Below, piece by piece: positions 10,644 to 21,066 of a DNA stretch of 64,000 nt (position 1 is the stretch's first letter; every line of letters begins with the position of its first letter). A model generated the notes under the pieces. The model saw only the letters and a program-made list of their open reading frames with translations. It searched no databases and was not told where the DNA came from. The DNA is from a bacterium (lineage in GTDB: Bacteria; Bdellovibrionota_C; UBA2361; SZUA-149; JAEUWB01), in the NCBI GenBank assembly GCA_016786595.1, contig JAEUWB010000006.1, positions 50,648-114,647 of the forward strand, read 5' to 3'. A program made the position numbers and the translations under genes.

Positions 10644-12488
10644 ATGAAATCTGTCTTTAAACCATCGCCACAAACTAGAGAGTTGATTGTCTTTGCCTTG
10701 CTCAACATGCTGGCTTTGCTGCTTATCGCTCGACGCTACAGTGCTGTTTCTAGTGAGCACACTAAGTTTAGCGCACAAGCGTTTTCATACTTAATGACAG
10801 TCGGGCATTTTTCGACTCTGAGCTTGATTGCTGTATTACCTAGTCTCGCGTTGTCTTCATTGAGGAAGATTCCCGCAGTAATCCCTTGGCTGCTCGCCCT
10901 AGCTTTGTGCTGGTTTTTAGACGTCTTTGTGATCATCGATAGCTACGCATTTCAACTTTTTCGTTTTCACCTCAATGCGGCAGTGCTGGGCATGCTCTTT
11001 GGCGACGCTTCCAGCGAGATTTTTATTTTCTCTGACAAAATGCTTTATAAATCACTACTGATTGTTCTGGCTTTATTAATTACACTACTAAGTTTTATTT
11101 GGCTGGCTCGGAAGATCGCCGCAATGCAATTCCAGCGGGGCACTAGCCGCGGCATTCTGACTTTAATTTGCCTGTCAGCAATTACACATAATTTGTTTTT
11201 TGCTTGGGCCGATGCTGTGGCTTATGCACCAGTGACAATTCAGGCTCAGCTTTATCCGCTTTATCCAGCGTTTACTGCAAGAAAGTTTCTTAAGAAACTG
11301 GGGATTAGCACCGATCTCGGTCAGCAAGATATTGTAATTACGCACACTGAAGGTAATTTACACTACCCATTAAGCCCTCTGATCTGCACGACAAATCCAA
11401 CAAGATTGAATGTGATTTTTATTGTGATTGACGCTTTACGTTTTGACGTAATCAATGAAATTGCAACACCACAAATCAAAGCTTTTTCCAGCCAAACTTC
11501 AAAGTTTACTAATCATTGGAGCGGGGGCAGCGCGACGCGCACAGGAATTTTCAGTATTTTTTATGGTATTCCTGGCACATACTGGCAAGCATTTTTACGT
11601 CACCAACAAAGTCCTGTGCTGATCGATAAATTCCTTGAGCAGGGTTACCAGATGGCAATTTTTGGTAGCGCGCCTTTAAGTAGTCCCGAATTTGACCGCA
11701 CAGTTTTTGCGAAAATTCAAAATTTGCGCCGCCGCTCTAGTGCTAAAACCCCGGATCAGCGCGACCAAGAAATTACTAGAGGTTTTAATAATTTCCTTGA
11801 GACGCGTAATCCAATAGAGCCCTTTATGGGATTTTTGTTTTACGACTCAACGCACTCTTTCGATTTTCCGGAAGATTCGCCGCAGGTCTTTACACCAAGC
11901 ATTACCGACGTTGATTACCTAGATTTAAATCAAGACTTTGACCCGCTTCCGCTTAAAAACCGTTATCTTAACGCTGTGCATTTTGTCGATAGTGAAGTTG
12001 GGAAAGTCTTAAACAAATTACGCGAGAAAAATTTAATTAATAATTCTATTATCTTCATCACCGGTGACCACGGCGAAGAGTTTAATGATACAAAAATGAA
12101 CTTTTGGCGCCACACTGGAAATTTCACTAAATTTCAAACACAAGTGCCCTTGCTGGTAGCCTGGCCAAATCAAGAAATCAAGGAGTATCCGCATTGGAGT
12201 AGTCACTACGACATCGCACCGACGCTTTTAAGCGAACTTTTTCAGTGCACTAATCCGCCGCGAGACTATGCTGTCGGTCACAACCTTTTTAGGCCTGAAA
12301 AAAGAAAATTCATGCTTGTTTCTAACTATGGAAACTCAGGAATTATTGAACCTGACCGACTGACGACGATATTTCAATTCGGCGGAATGCATATTACTGA
12401 CCCGCTAATGCAACCACTTACTGAGGCCGTTTCGCGCTCAGATATTTTGCAGCAGACTTTTGAGCAGCAAAGTAGATTTTACAAGTAG
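10644..12488 (+). CDS. Inner-membrane protein with an N-terminal multi-TM domain and a periplasmic sulfatase / alkaline-phosphatase-superfamily domain (DUF3413 / YejM-like)
   Basis: TM-rich N-terminus, then DALRFD and GDHGEEF metal-site motifs of the AP superfamily. ATG at 10644 is preferred over the listed 10512. Confidence 0.7.
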   Translation: MKSVFKPSPQTRELIVFALLNMLALLLIARRYSAVSSEHTKFSAQAFSYLMTVGHFSTLSLIAVLPSLALSSLRKIPAVIPWLLALALCWFLDVFVIIDSYAFQLFRFHLNAAVLGMLFGDASSEIFIFSDKMLYKSLLIVLALLITLLSFIWLARKIAAMQFQRGTSRGILTLICLSAITHNLFFAWADAVAYAPVTIQAQLYPLYPAFTARKFLKKLGISTDLGQQDIVITHTEGNLHYPLSPLICTTNPTRLNVIFIVIDALRFDVINEIATPQIKAFSSQTSKFTNHWSGGSATRTGIFSIFYGIPGTYWQAFLRHQQSPVLIDKFLEQGYQMAIFGSAPLSSPEFDRTVFAKIQNLRRRSSAKTPDQRDQEITRGFNNFLETRNPIEPFMGFLFYDSTHSFDFPEDSPQVFTPSITDVDYLDLNQDFDPLPLKNRYLNAVHFVDSEVGKVLNKLREKNLINNSIIFITGDHGEEFNDTKMNFWRHTGNFTKFQTQVPLLVAWPNQEIKEYPHWSSHYDIAPTLLSELFQCTNPPRDYAVGHNLFRPEKRKFMLVSNYGNSGIIEPDRLTTIFQFGGMHITDPLMQPLTEAVSRSDILQQTFEQQSRFYK

Positions 12489-12620
12489 GCTAGCGCGCAC
12501 TCACTATCTAGTGTGCAATCAAAGGCCGCGCCGACGACGAAAAAAAAATATCCCTAAAAGGCGGGCAAGGTAGAGGAGGAAATGTGCCTACAAAACCTTG
12601 CCCAGAACGATTATCGGAAA

Positions 12621-13142
12621 TTAGGCTTCAACCCCAACGTCATACTCTTCCATCCCTGCTTCGTGAGCCTGGATTTTTGCGCGAAGTCCTTCAACGAGGG
12701 CATCAATTTGAGCCTTCATATTAGACTCGAGCTCAGGTAGCGCTTGCGCTGCTTCGGCGATTGCCAGGCAATATGCAAGAAAAGCGCTGTGTCCTTCTCT
12801 CTGCCGCTCTCCATACGACGGCGAATGCTCGGCCCCGAGTAGAGCTTGCTGACAGCGCAGATACTCTTTATGCTTTTCAGCAACAGCTTCGGGTAATTCT
12901 TTGCCTGCCAGCAAAGTCGCGCAAATTGCAACCAGAAAGTTAACCGCATTGCGCTTCGAGGCTTGGTTTTCTTTTCGCAGCGCCTCACACTGTTCCTCTA
13001 GTTGTCCTAATTGTTTGTTCGTGAAAGCAAGAAGTTCCGCAAGTCTTATTTTGTCAGTCCAGATGTCAACAATCGCGATCAGAATTGCGAATAACAAAAC
13101 ACCGGATACTACGATCACTAGTAACCATTGCCACCAGTTCAT
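12621..13142 (-). CDS. Hypothetical membrane-anchored coiled-coil protein (173 aa)
   Basis: N-terminal TM helix, then heptad-rich sequence. Confidence 0.45.
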   Translation of the reverse strand: MNWWQWLLVIVVSGVLLFAILIAIVDIWTDKIRLAELLAFTNKQLGQLEEQCEALRKENQASKRNAVNFLVAICATLLAGKELPEAVAEKHKEYLRCQQALLGAEHSPSYGERQREGHSAFLAYCLAIAEAAQALPELESNMKAQIDALVEGLRAKIQAHEAGMEEYDVGVEA

Positions 13143-13339
13143 TATTTACTCCAATGCCCAGGTTGGGCAGCCTAAAGTCGCAAACACACCTTAAGCCACC
13201 TAACTCATGGCACTGGGAACAAAACCTTTAACTTCTCTACCTACCCATAAGTTGATTAGAGCTTGTCTAGATATCATTTCGGGCTTAAAAAATAAAGTCA
13301 TGGCTAGATGACAACCTGCGGCAATGCTAAAAACTAACG

Positions 13340-14395
13340 ATGTTTAAACTACTCTTCACACTTCTCTGGTTAATTGCTCTCCCCTGCATACTCACAGCAA
13401 CCTCCCTCTATGCGCGCATTGGCTGGACAGCAATTGCTTTTATCGGACTTTTTTTTGAAAAATTTTCCAGTCGTATGTTTGGAGCAGTTTGTGTGGCGGC
13501 AGCATTCTATGCAGGTCAAACCATGGTTCCGGCAATGCTCAATGTCGATACTTACCAGCCCAAAGTAAAAGTTGAAGACCGCTTCTTTAACTCACCAAAG
13601 GTCAAGGCACATCCGCTCTTGCCTGTAGCTGAAGCCGAGATCTCTCGTTTAGGTATGCTCTTCAGTCAGCCCTTACTTTTTGGTGGCACGCTGCAGCGCG
13701 GCTTTGATTTATTTTTAAAAACAACTGCTACGTATACAGGGTGCAATCTACAAAATATTTCCAGCCAAGGACTTGTTGAGTTGGTGCAAGATCGTTCTAG
13801 CAAGTTTGAGTACAATCACTACTACGAAATCGTCCCCACAGTAGCGCTGGACCGCTCAAAAGGCATTTTTGTCTTCAACCATGGAGCAATGGGAAATTTC
13901 AAGATTTACACCTGCCTTTTAACCGAATTAGCCGAAGAGTTAAGACAAGTTATTGTGGTGCCGAGCCGCGGAGTTGGGCCATGCGACCCTGAGGCAAGTG
14001 CAGAATTTATTTCTAAAATTGTTGATGCTGCCGCAGATCGTAACGCCATTTCTAGCGACAATCACGTCCTGATGGGTTTATCCAACGGAAATTGTGGTGT
14101 GCTTGCTGCGGCCGATCCTGATTTTTCTCGTGCTCAGTTTGCTCGTTCTAGACTGATTCTTTCTTCGCCTGTTTTACCTAAGCCATTAATTAATAACGTT
14201 AGAAATGCAGAAATCCTTGTTCTAACAGGGGAAGACGATAAGCAAACCGACTTTGAGTATGTTAAGCAAGGCGTTAACGACCTTAAAAAAGCCGGGGCAG
14301 ATGTAACTTTTCATCATTTCCCCAAAGAAGATCATTTCCTGATGCTCTCTAACTGGAGAGAGTTATTGCCCATCATCAAAAATTGGTTGGAATAA
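13340..14395 (+). CDS. Membrane-anchored alpha/beta-hydrolase-fold esterase/peptidase-like protein
   Basis: GLSNG nucleophile elbow, then downstream acidic (GEDD) and His (EDHF) residues in catalytic-triad order; two N-terminal TM helices. Confidence 0.5.
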   Translation: MFKLLFTLLWLIALPCILTATSLYARIGWTAIAFIGLFFEKFSSRMFGAVCVAAAFYAGQTMVPAMLNVDTYQPKVKVEDRFFNSPKVKAHPLLPVAEAEISRLGMLFSQPLLFGGTLQRGFDLFLKTTATYTGCNLQNISSQGLVELVQDRSSKFEYNHYYEIVPTVALDRSKGIFVFNHGAMGNFKIYTCLLTELAEELRQVIVVPSRGVGPCDPEASAEFISKIVDAAADRNAISSDNHVLMGLSNGNCGVLAAADPDFSRAQFARSRLILSSPVLPKPLINNVRNAEILVLTGEDDKQTDFEYVKQGVNDLKKAGADVTFHHFPKEDHFLMLSNWRELLPIIKNWLE

Positions 14396-14500
14396 GCAAG
14401 AAAGAAGAAATTTATAAATCTCAAAAAAATACTGCAAAAAAAATGCTGCGGGAAATGCTGTGAAAAAAGTAATGTAAAAAAAGTGCTGTGAGAAAGTTAT

Positions 14501-14531
14501 CTGGGGCAGTTACGACTGTAGACTGCCCCAG
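14501..14531. terminator. Perfect 10-bp stem hairpin 'ctggggcagt-tacgactgtag-actgccccag' between convergent genes (candidate bidirectional terminator)
   Basis: Read directly; it follows a phased A-tract / TGCTG repeat region at 14425..14497. Confidence 0.5.
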
Positions 14532-14546
14532 ATGATGTGTTAACGC

Positions 14547-15536
14547 TTACTTTCCCCGACCGACTTCCATGCGAACAAACAAGACAAGCCTGTCTCCGGG
14601 AGGCACCGCCCAAGGGCCGCCTACAAGTTCGTCTCCGAAATGCCTGTTGAGCCAGAAGGCGTTAGCCGGGCCAGTGCAAAGCTCGACAGCGATTCGCTGA
14701 GGATCGCCGTTGTAGACATGTGCAACTGGAACAGGCCTGCGTTTGGCCGAATCGAGTTTTTGACCAGGACCGACAAGTCCGACCCACGCCTTCATCAGGA
14801 CTGAAAACGTGCAATAATCGACAACCACAGGCTTCTTGGTCAGATCTACGTTGAACGAATGATCTAGTGTTCCAACTTCAGCAAAATGCGGGAACCAGGT
14901 AACCGGATTTTCGATAGCTTGAGCTAGGCGCTTTGACAAGGGGATACTCCCCTCATAACCGTATACTCCCGTAAGCGGCATCCGAATTTCTGGGCGATAT
15001 TGAGACTTGATCCGAAGATCAATCCCCCCGCGGCTGAAAGATGGGTGCCAAGCTGGTGCGTACCACCCGAGTTCATTGCCGATGTTTTCGATTTCTAGCG
15101 TCGCATAGAGGAAGTGACCACGCACTTCGTAGGTAACGGTGTAAACCGCTCGAAACGGATAGTGCGCGGTTTCGCGCATCTCGTGCCGCATCTGAACTAC
15201 GGATGGAGTTTGGCTAACAATCTCCCACTCGTAGTCGATCGCCGATCCGTGAAGGGCGTGAACATCTCCATGAGAGAGCCTGTAATCGGTTCCATCTGGG
15301 GCAGGCAGTACGCCGCCTTCTTGTCTGCCGAAAAACTCGCAGCAAAAATGAGCTCCGGCATTGCGAGCAGTCGGGTCAAACTCAAAAGCATTTCCCGGCT
15401 GAATCACAGGGTCACCAAAGCCTGGCCGATGAAGAGAAACAAGAGCAGCCCCAAGCGGGCTGATTTTAACGTCGAGACCCGGCTTAAGCGGGTTTTGCTC
15501 TCCTAGCGTGAGGAGTCGCGGTGTGATTGATACCAT
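14547..15536 (-). CDS. Hypothetical protein, possibly an aldose-1-epimerase (galactose mutarotase)-like fold
   Basis: 329 aa. Family call is tentative, from HG...H motifs and overall composition. Confidence 0.4.
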   Translation of the reverse strand: MVSITPRLLTLGEQNPLKPGLDVKISPLGAALVSLHRPGFGDPVIQPGNAFEFDPTARNAGAHFCCEFFGRQEGGVLPAPDGTDYRLSHGDVHALHGSAIDYEWEIVSQTPSVVQMRHEMRETAHYPFRAVYTVTYEVRGHFLYATLEIENIGNELGWYAPAWHPSFSRGGIDLRIKSQYRPEIRMPLTGVYGYEGSIPLSKRLAQAIENPVTWFPHFAEVGTLDHSFNVDLTKKPVVVDYCTFSVLMKAWVGLVGPGQKLDSAKRRPVPVAHVYNGDPQRIAVELCTGPANAFWLNRHFGDELVGGPWAVPPGDRLVLFVRMEVGRGK

Positions 15537-15786
15537 CGTGGTTAACTTTGACTCAGTGATTTGAGTCGAGAAAGCTTATCTCTCGACTCAAATCTAACTT
15601 AAATCTACGGCTAAAATTTGGAATCAAATAAAACCTTAAAATTTCTTCTTTCTCGCTAAAGTAGTTAGCGAGAAATTAAAGACTTCTACGAAAAATTAAA
15701 TGTCAAAGAACAAAAATGCAGGATACATAAATCCCAAGAAAATGAGAAGCGCGGAGCTTCTCTGAAGAACCTGAAACGACGAGATG

Positions 15787-16104
15787 CTAGCCCGGGTTTC
15801 CACCTCCAGCAAGAGATGTTCCAAAAAAGGCCTGCAAAATAGCATCAACAACAAGTGTGACGCGCCCGCGGAGATCACCTCCGTTTTCGTCAGCCAAAAT
15901 GGCAGAATCAACTCGCCATCGAGCTTCTCCAACTCGGCCGTTCCTGATCGCATACTGAGCGCTCCCGTATCGAATCACGATGCAGTCATGTGCTTGTGGA
16001 TGCGAATCTTCATGAGCAGTAACTTCGAGGTGACCAGCAAAGTCTTCCTTAAGTTCGTTGACGCAATCGATGACTTCTTTTACAAGTGCTACACACCTAG
16101 ACAT
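15787..16104 (-). CDS. Small hypothetical protein (105 aa) with a strong RBS and a C-terminal Gly-rich tail (...SLAGGGNPG)
   Basis: GGAGG lies 7 nt upstream of the ATG. The antisense ORF 15784..16218 is judged spurious. Confidence 0.5.
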   Translation of the reverse strand: MSRCVALVKEVIDCVNELKEDFAGHLEVTAHEDSHPQAHDCIVIRYGSAQYAIRNGRVGEARWRVDSAILADENGGDLRGRVTLVVDAILQAFFGTSLAGGGNPG

Positions 16105-16391
16105 TTTTTTCCTCCTGGAGCCGCTTGGCCCGCTTACTTGGAAGAATTATTTCCAACTAAGCAGGTCAAGACCGATCGAGAGGAGCCGATAAAAAACCGT
16201 TCTAGCTCCGCGCTTTAGCCGGCGAATTTAGGATTACGCCGATAAAACGAGCTAGAGTTACTTCTACCCCTGATTACTTTTCATTCCAGATAAGGTCAGT
16301 GATTATATAGGAAAATCAGCGGATTTCAAGCCGCTTATGGTACGGGGTTACTTTTTCTCAAATTCCCCACAAAAACACCTTGGATTTTAAC

Positions 16392-16940
16392 TCAGTTCTG
16401 AAAATAAACTGCGTAGAAAACGACCCAGAAAATGCAGAATACTAGCGTCTGGTGCTGGACAGAAGCGTATGGACTAAGAAAATTAGAAACTATCCTAGAT
16501 ACAAAAACACTCAAAATAAACCTAACAAACCTAGCCGGGACACTAACCAATAAAAACAGCAGCAAATCTAAAGGCCCCTGATGCAGAGCTCCGATATTTA
16601 CAGCGTAAATTTTATAGGGCACCCCGGAAAATGCTCCCTGAAGGAGTGAAAAATATCCGAGTTCTGCAATTTGTACCTGCACTAACTGGATTAACTTAAA
16701 ATCAATTGCAGGAATATTGCTCAGCAGATTAAAGGCCAAAGACTCGTCGTAAAATCCAAAGCCATACATCAGAACTCCACCGAAAGTAGCAAAGAGCGCG
16801 GCAATAAAACTTAATTTTAGTGCCAGTCTTAAATCCCTGAGTGCAACGAAACTCAGCAAAATGTCTGGCACAAGAAAAAATAGCGTCGCTTCACCAAAAC
16901 CCCAGAACGCTGCCAAATAAAAAATAGGATTTATTGTCAT
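16392..16940 (-). CDS. Small integral membrane protein (DedA/YqaA-like?), last gene of a phospholipid-synthesis operon
   Basis: 182 aa with 4-5 TM helices; its start overlaps the plsC stop. Confidence 0.5.
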   Translation of the reverse strand: MTINPIFYLAAFWGFGEATLFFLVPDILLSFVALRDLRLALKLSFIAALFATFGGVLMYGFGFYDESLAFNLLSNIPAIDFKLIQLVQVQIAELGYFSLLQGAFSGVPYKIYAVNIGALHQGPLDLLLFLLVSVPARFVRFILSVFVSRIVSNFLSPYASVQHQTLVFCIFWVVFYAVYFQN

Positions 16941-17572
16941 TCCGGGAAATGTCCAATTTTAACAAGCGCACTAAACGCTGCATTTAAATCTTGCATTAAT
17001 TGTTTCTTGTCCGTCCCTCCCGACAAAGCAGCGCCAATAAAAACATCGCAAAAGAAGGGCACTAAAATCGCTTCGCCTCGCGGCAAGGACTTACCCAGGC
17101 CATGCATAAAAATAGGAATGATTGGCACGTCAGGGTGCCTTGCCCCGAGATGCGCAATCCCGGTCTTAAACTCTTGTAGCTGCTCCGGCTCTCCACGTGT
17201 GCCTTCAGGAAATAAGATCGCAATCTGCCCAGCGCTAAGCGCTTGCTCAATCGGCTCGAGCGGGTCCTGCTTCACCGACCCCAGCTTACGATCAATCGGA
17301 ATAATATCGATAACATTTTGCGAAAAAAATTTGAGCCATTTGTTTTTAAAGAAATAATCTGCTGCCGCAACTGGACGAACAATTTTAAGCATCCTCAGCG
17401 GAAAAAGCGACAAAAGCACAAGCGCATCTAGGTGGCTATTATGATTAGCTACAACTAAAGCCGGCCCCTTTTTGGGCAGTTTGTCCCGACCGCTGATATT
17501 CAAGCCAATTACAATCAACACAAGTGGACGAACGATCAGCAGGAAAAAAAGTATTTTTAACGCCGCCCGCAT
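16937..17572 (-). CDS. plsC: 1-acyl-sn-glycerol-3-phosphate (lysophospholipid) acyltransferase
   Basis: HNSHLD (HX4D) and FPEGTRG acyltransferase motifs. Confidence 0.8.
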   Translation of the reverse strand: MRAALKILFFLLIVRPLVLIVIGLNISGRDKLPKKGPALVVANHNSHLDALVLLSLFPLRMLKIVRPVAAADYFFKNKWLKFFSQNVIDIIPIDRKLGSVKQDPLEPIEQALSAGQIAILFPEGTRGEPEQLQEFKTGIAHLGARHPDVPIIPIFMHGLGKSLPRGEAILVPFFCDVFIGAALSGGTDKKQLMQDLNAAFSALVKIGHFPE

Positions 17573-17573
17573 G

Positions 17574-18512
17574 TTAATAATAAAGATATCTTATATAGTG
17601 GAAAAATAGCGGCGCAGTATAAGTCAAACTGTCAATTCGATCTAAGATGCCACCATGTCCAGGCAGCAAGGTCCCGCTGTCCTTAATCCCTAAGTCGCGC
17701 TTAATCGCAGAGATTGTTACATCACCAATAAAACCAAAACCAGCAATGATTAATCCTGCGATAGCGCCTTCACTAGGAGAGAGTGGCGTTAGAAACGTAC
17801 TCAGCACAGTCGCTAAAACAGTTGTCGTCAATACTCCCCCACTAAAGCCTTCCCAAGTCTTCTTAGGACTGACTTTGGGGATAATTGGGGTTTTGCCAAA
17901 CATTTTCCCGGAAACGTATTGAGCCACGTCATTTAATTGCGTGAGCACGACTAGGAATAAAACCAACCCTGCTCCGCCAACTTGCCCCGCGCCATCAGGC
18001 GGCAAAACCAAAAGAAAACCAACGTGGCTGATACAATAAACTGTGACCATCAGGCCCCAGTGCAAAGTTGCCATGGCATTTAGATATCCACTTGTCTCAC
18101 CAATTGTCACAGCACGAAAAGGTAAAAATAAAAACACGTAGACGGGAATAAAAATTGCAAACATCCCATACCATTCGATCCCAATGAAATAATATTGAAT
18201 CGGGATTGCTAGATATGCCCAAAAAAGCACGCGATGGTCCGCGCGGCGAGTTGGGATCAACGAGAGGTATTCTTTAAGCGCTAAAAAACTAATCAGTGCA
18301 AAAAATACGATAGAAATCGTTTTATTGAGCGCGATCGCAACACTAAAGACCGCAACCATTATCCACCAAGTTTTAATTCGTGAAGCTAGTTCGTGGTAGT
18401 CTTTTTCTGGGTTTTGCTTGGTGAGAAAATAGGTAATTGCAGAGCTTATAATTAAGACTGCAAAAATCCCAATTAAAGAATATTTCACTACTGGGTCAAT
18501 GGCACTAAGCAT
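17574..18512 (-). CDS. cdsA: Phosphatidate cytidylyltransferase (CDP-diglyceride synthase)
   Basis: C-terminal signature SGKMFGKTPIIPKVSPKKTWEGFSGG; multi-TM. Confidence 0.85.
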   Translation of the reverse strand: MLSAIDPVVKYSLIGIFAVLIISSAITYFLTKQNPEKDYHELASRIKTWWIMVAVFSVAIALNKTISIVFFALISFLALKEYLSLIPTRRADHRVLFWAYLAIPIQYYFIGIEWYGMFAIFIPVYVFLFLPFRAVTIGETSGYLNAMATLHWGLMVTVYCISHVGFLLVLPPDGAGQVGGAGLVLFLVVLTQLNDVAQYVSGKMFGKTPIIPKVSPKKTWEGFSGGVLTTTVLATVLSTFLTPLSPSEGAIAGLIIAGFGFIGDVTISAIKRDLGIKDSGTLLPGHGGILDRIDSLTYTAPLFFHYIRYLYY

Positions 18513-18524
18513 TAACGGTCCCTT

Positions 18525-19121
18525 TTATTGTAAAGACTTTTTAGCGCGATTCCAAATCGTAAGCACCAAGAGAACAATTCCTACAATAAAAATCAGATTT
18601 AACCAAAAGTGCCCCAGGCCTTGAGTAACGAAAATTGCAGTTAGCCCGTACAAAAATGCTCGATCGCTTTTCCCCAACGGACCATCGTAGCGCCGCAGAT
18701 CGCCAACAACTTGGCCTAGAATTCCAACAAACTCAGTTAATATTGCTAGAATCACGCTCGTGATCACTAACGGTTGCCAAAGGCCAGACACAACCACAAA
18801 CGGTAAGTATAAAGCACTATCCGAAATTACGTCCCCTACTTCGTTCAAGATGCCGCCGAGTTTTGACTGCATCTGATGCTCACGAGCAAGCATGCCATCA
18901 ATGGCATTAAGTGCCATGCGTATAAAAAGCACTATCGGTAAAAGCCAAAAAATTCCGGGGTATTTCCCGCCAAGAAGATAAGCTAATAGACCTGTAAAAA
19001 TACTAATCACAAGCGCCAGGAGTGTAACTTGGTTTGCTGTCCAGCCGCGTTGAGCCAGAGTATTTGCAAGTGGTCTAAGTAGGCCCTGGAACTTCGGCTT
19101 GAAATCGTAAATTGACCCCAT
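18525..19121 (-). CDS. CDP-alcohol phosphatidyltransferase family protein (PgsA/PssA-type)
   Basis: DGMLAREHQMQSKLGGILNEVGDVISD = D-G-x2-A-R-x8-G-x3-D-x3-D motif. Confidence 0.8.
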   Translation of the reverse strand: MGSIYDFKPKFQGLLRPLANTLAQRGWTANQVTLLALVISIFTGLLAYLLGGKYPGIFWLLPIVLFIRMALNAIDGMLAREHQMQSKLGGILNEVGDVISDSALYLPFVVVSGLWQPLVITSVILAILTEFVGILGQVVGDLRRYDGPLGKSDRAFLYGLTAIFVTQGLGHFWLNLIFIVGIVLLVLTIWNRAKKSLQ

Positions 19122-20344
19122 TAGTTACTGATCATCACCTCAGATGGATTGCCAAACGCCAAGTTACGTAACTCCTGTAAACGGCGTTGAGACTTTGCAT
19201 CCAGATTCAAACCTGCGCTTCCCGAATATTGAAACTCGAGATAGCTTTGATACATTAGGAATGCGCGTTCCGCTTCGCGAGTATGTGGAAATTCTCTGAT
19301 CGTTTGTTCCAAATAAAGCTCGCGAAAGGCATCAAAGGTTTTAATCGGCAAATGGAAGTAGGCAAGTGCTAAAAGATAAGTCGCTTGACGACGACTTCTC
19401 AGATCCGCATTACCAGGTTGAAGCTTCCCAGCGCTAGCTTTAACTGCGCGGTCGATTAAAAGCTCTTGATGTAATAGTGAGCTGGCATAAAGAGTCTTAA
19501 TCAAATTCTCCTCATCAATTGTCAGTAGTTGCTGACCAGCAACTGGTTTTAATAAAGTCCGGGCACGCTCTAGGTTTGCGCCGCGGGCACTTATTCCAGC
19601 AAAATTATTAAGATCAACAATCCATCTTTCAACAAGTTTACGGTCGTCACTTGTTAGCTGCGCGGCTAGCAAAAACTGAGTTAATTTCTCTGCAGCACTA
19701 GTATAGGTATTCTTCACGCGCACTTGAATTACTAACCATAGCTTTATCGCCTGCAGCGCATGATGTGAAGTCTCAACCGCCTTCGCTTCGCCTACTGCTA
19801 GAGTGATTAAACTTTCTGAGGCTTGGTCAAATTGGCGAGTTGCAAATAGAAACTCGGCTTGCGCCATTTGCGCCTCGAAATCCTGCCCTAATTGGACAGG
19901 TAGTTTACCAACGAAATCAACCGGTACTTCATAGCGTGAGTGACAGGCCACGCAATTTGCGGTCAATCCACGTAGTTTCCAATTCGCATACTCTTTATCA
20001 CCCTTGGCAAAACTATCACGGATATCTTTAATCATTTCTCGATGAGTCTGTAATGTTACGCGAAAGCCTGGCTCAAACATCGTCAGTGGGGCAGCAATCT
20101 CAACCTTATGAAAATCATTACTTAGCTGCTCAAGCAGCGCCGAAATTTTCGCAGTATTCTTCTGATCCAAAAAAGCATCCGGGGACCAAACGTAAGGATA
20201 AAGTTTACGCGCAACGGCATAGACGTCGCGCATTTCCCCCTGCAAAGTAGTTGGCGCCGCATGTTCATTTGGCTTACGACAGGCAAAGATTACAAGAACT
20301 GTCAAAACTAATAGGAGAATTCTTAGATGGAGTTTTCTGTTCAT
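19121..20344 (-). CDS. Putative lipoprotein with a single CXXCH heme-binding motif (cytochrome-c-like) and a helical repeat domain
   Basis: Lipobox LVIFAC; NCVACH motif. Confidence 0.5.
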   Translation of the reverse strand: MNRKLHLRILLLVLTVLVIFACRKPNEHAAPTTLQGEMRDVYAVARKLYPYVWSPDAFLDQKNTAKISALLEQLSNDFHKVEIAAPLTMFEPGFRVTLQTHREMIKDIRDSFAKGDKEYANWKLRGLTANCVACHSRYEVPVDFVGKLPVQLGQDFEAQMAQAEFLFATRQFDQASESLITLAVGEAKAVETSHHALQAIKLWLVIQVRVKNTYTSAAEKLTQFLLAAQLTSDDRKLVERWIVDLNNFAGISARGANLERARTLLKPVAGQQLLTIDEENLIKTLYASSLLHQELLIDRAVKASAGKLQPGNADLRSRRQATYLLALAYFHLPIKTFDAFRELYLEQTIREFPHTREAERAFLMYQSYLEFQYSGSAGLNLDAKSQRRLQELRNLAFGNPSEVMISN

Positions 20345-20499
20345 AGCTAGAGTCAGTAAAATTTTTATGCTGAATTATGGAAGCTCCGATGAAGAGAACT
20401 TCCTTAAGTCCATAGATTCCCCTAGATAGAGCGCCCGCGCAAGTAGATTAAAACATTCTAGTCCTACAATCTAGCATAGAAAACTCAACTACACCTAAA

Positions 20500-21066
20500 T
20501 CAACGTTTAAAAATGGGCTGATCTGATAGTTCATTGATAGAACGTTTTACAGTCCCTGAATCGTTCGGAAAATGTTCAGCCAGAATTTTGCTGACTGAGT
20601 TAAGGCACTCAATAATCCCTTGAGTAAAATCACCAGACTGAAAAGTTGTCTTCGTTAGCTCGCAAATTTCGTGCCATTGTTGGTCATTAACTTTTGTAGC
20701 AATGCCACGGTCAGCAAGAATCTCGAGGGATCGATCGGCCAAATTAATGTATATGAGGACGCCAGCGTTTGTCTCGGTATCCCAAACTCGTAGCGAGCTA
20801 AACAGCATCTCGGCTTTTTCGCGAACCGTAATCCCACGTAAGAAATCTAACAGATCAAGTGCCGCTTCTACACAAATGCAAATCTCCCCGGTATGTTGTC
20901 TTTCAGAAAGAGAAATCGACTCGGCAATTCTTGCCCGGTTACTTTCAGGAAATATTTGATTTAATTCCCAGTAACCGAAGAAAAAGCATTTCAAGAAATG
21001 CACTTTAAAGAATTTCGAGAAAACTTCTGTGAAGAATTTAGAAAGTTCGGCTTGCATAGTTACCAC
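20500..21066 (-). CDS. TPM-domain (TLP18.3/Psb32/MOLO-1 phosphatase-like) protein, cytoplasmic paralogue
   Basis: Its sequence pattern parallels the upstream TPM gene. Confidence 0.55.
   Translation of the reverse strand: MVTMQAELSKFFTEVFSKFFKVHFLKCFFFGYWELNQIFPESNRARIAESISLSERQHTGEICICVEAALDLLDFLRGITVREKAEMLFSSLRVWDTETNAGVLIYINLADRSLEILADRGIATKVNDQQWHEICELTKTTFQSGDFTQGIIECLNSVSKILAEHFPNDSGTVKRSINELSDQPIFKR

Noticed and set aside
15784-16218. 144-aa plus-strand ORF overlapping the 105-aa minus-strand gene
   Set aside because: No RBS, whereas the minus-strand partner has a consensus GGAGG; treated as a shadow ORF, although this strand choice is not certain.
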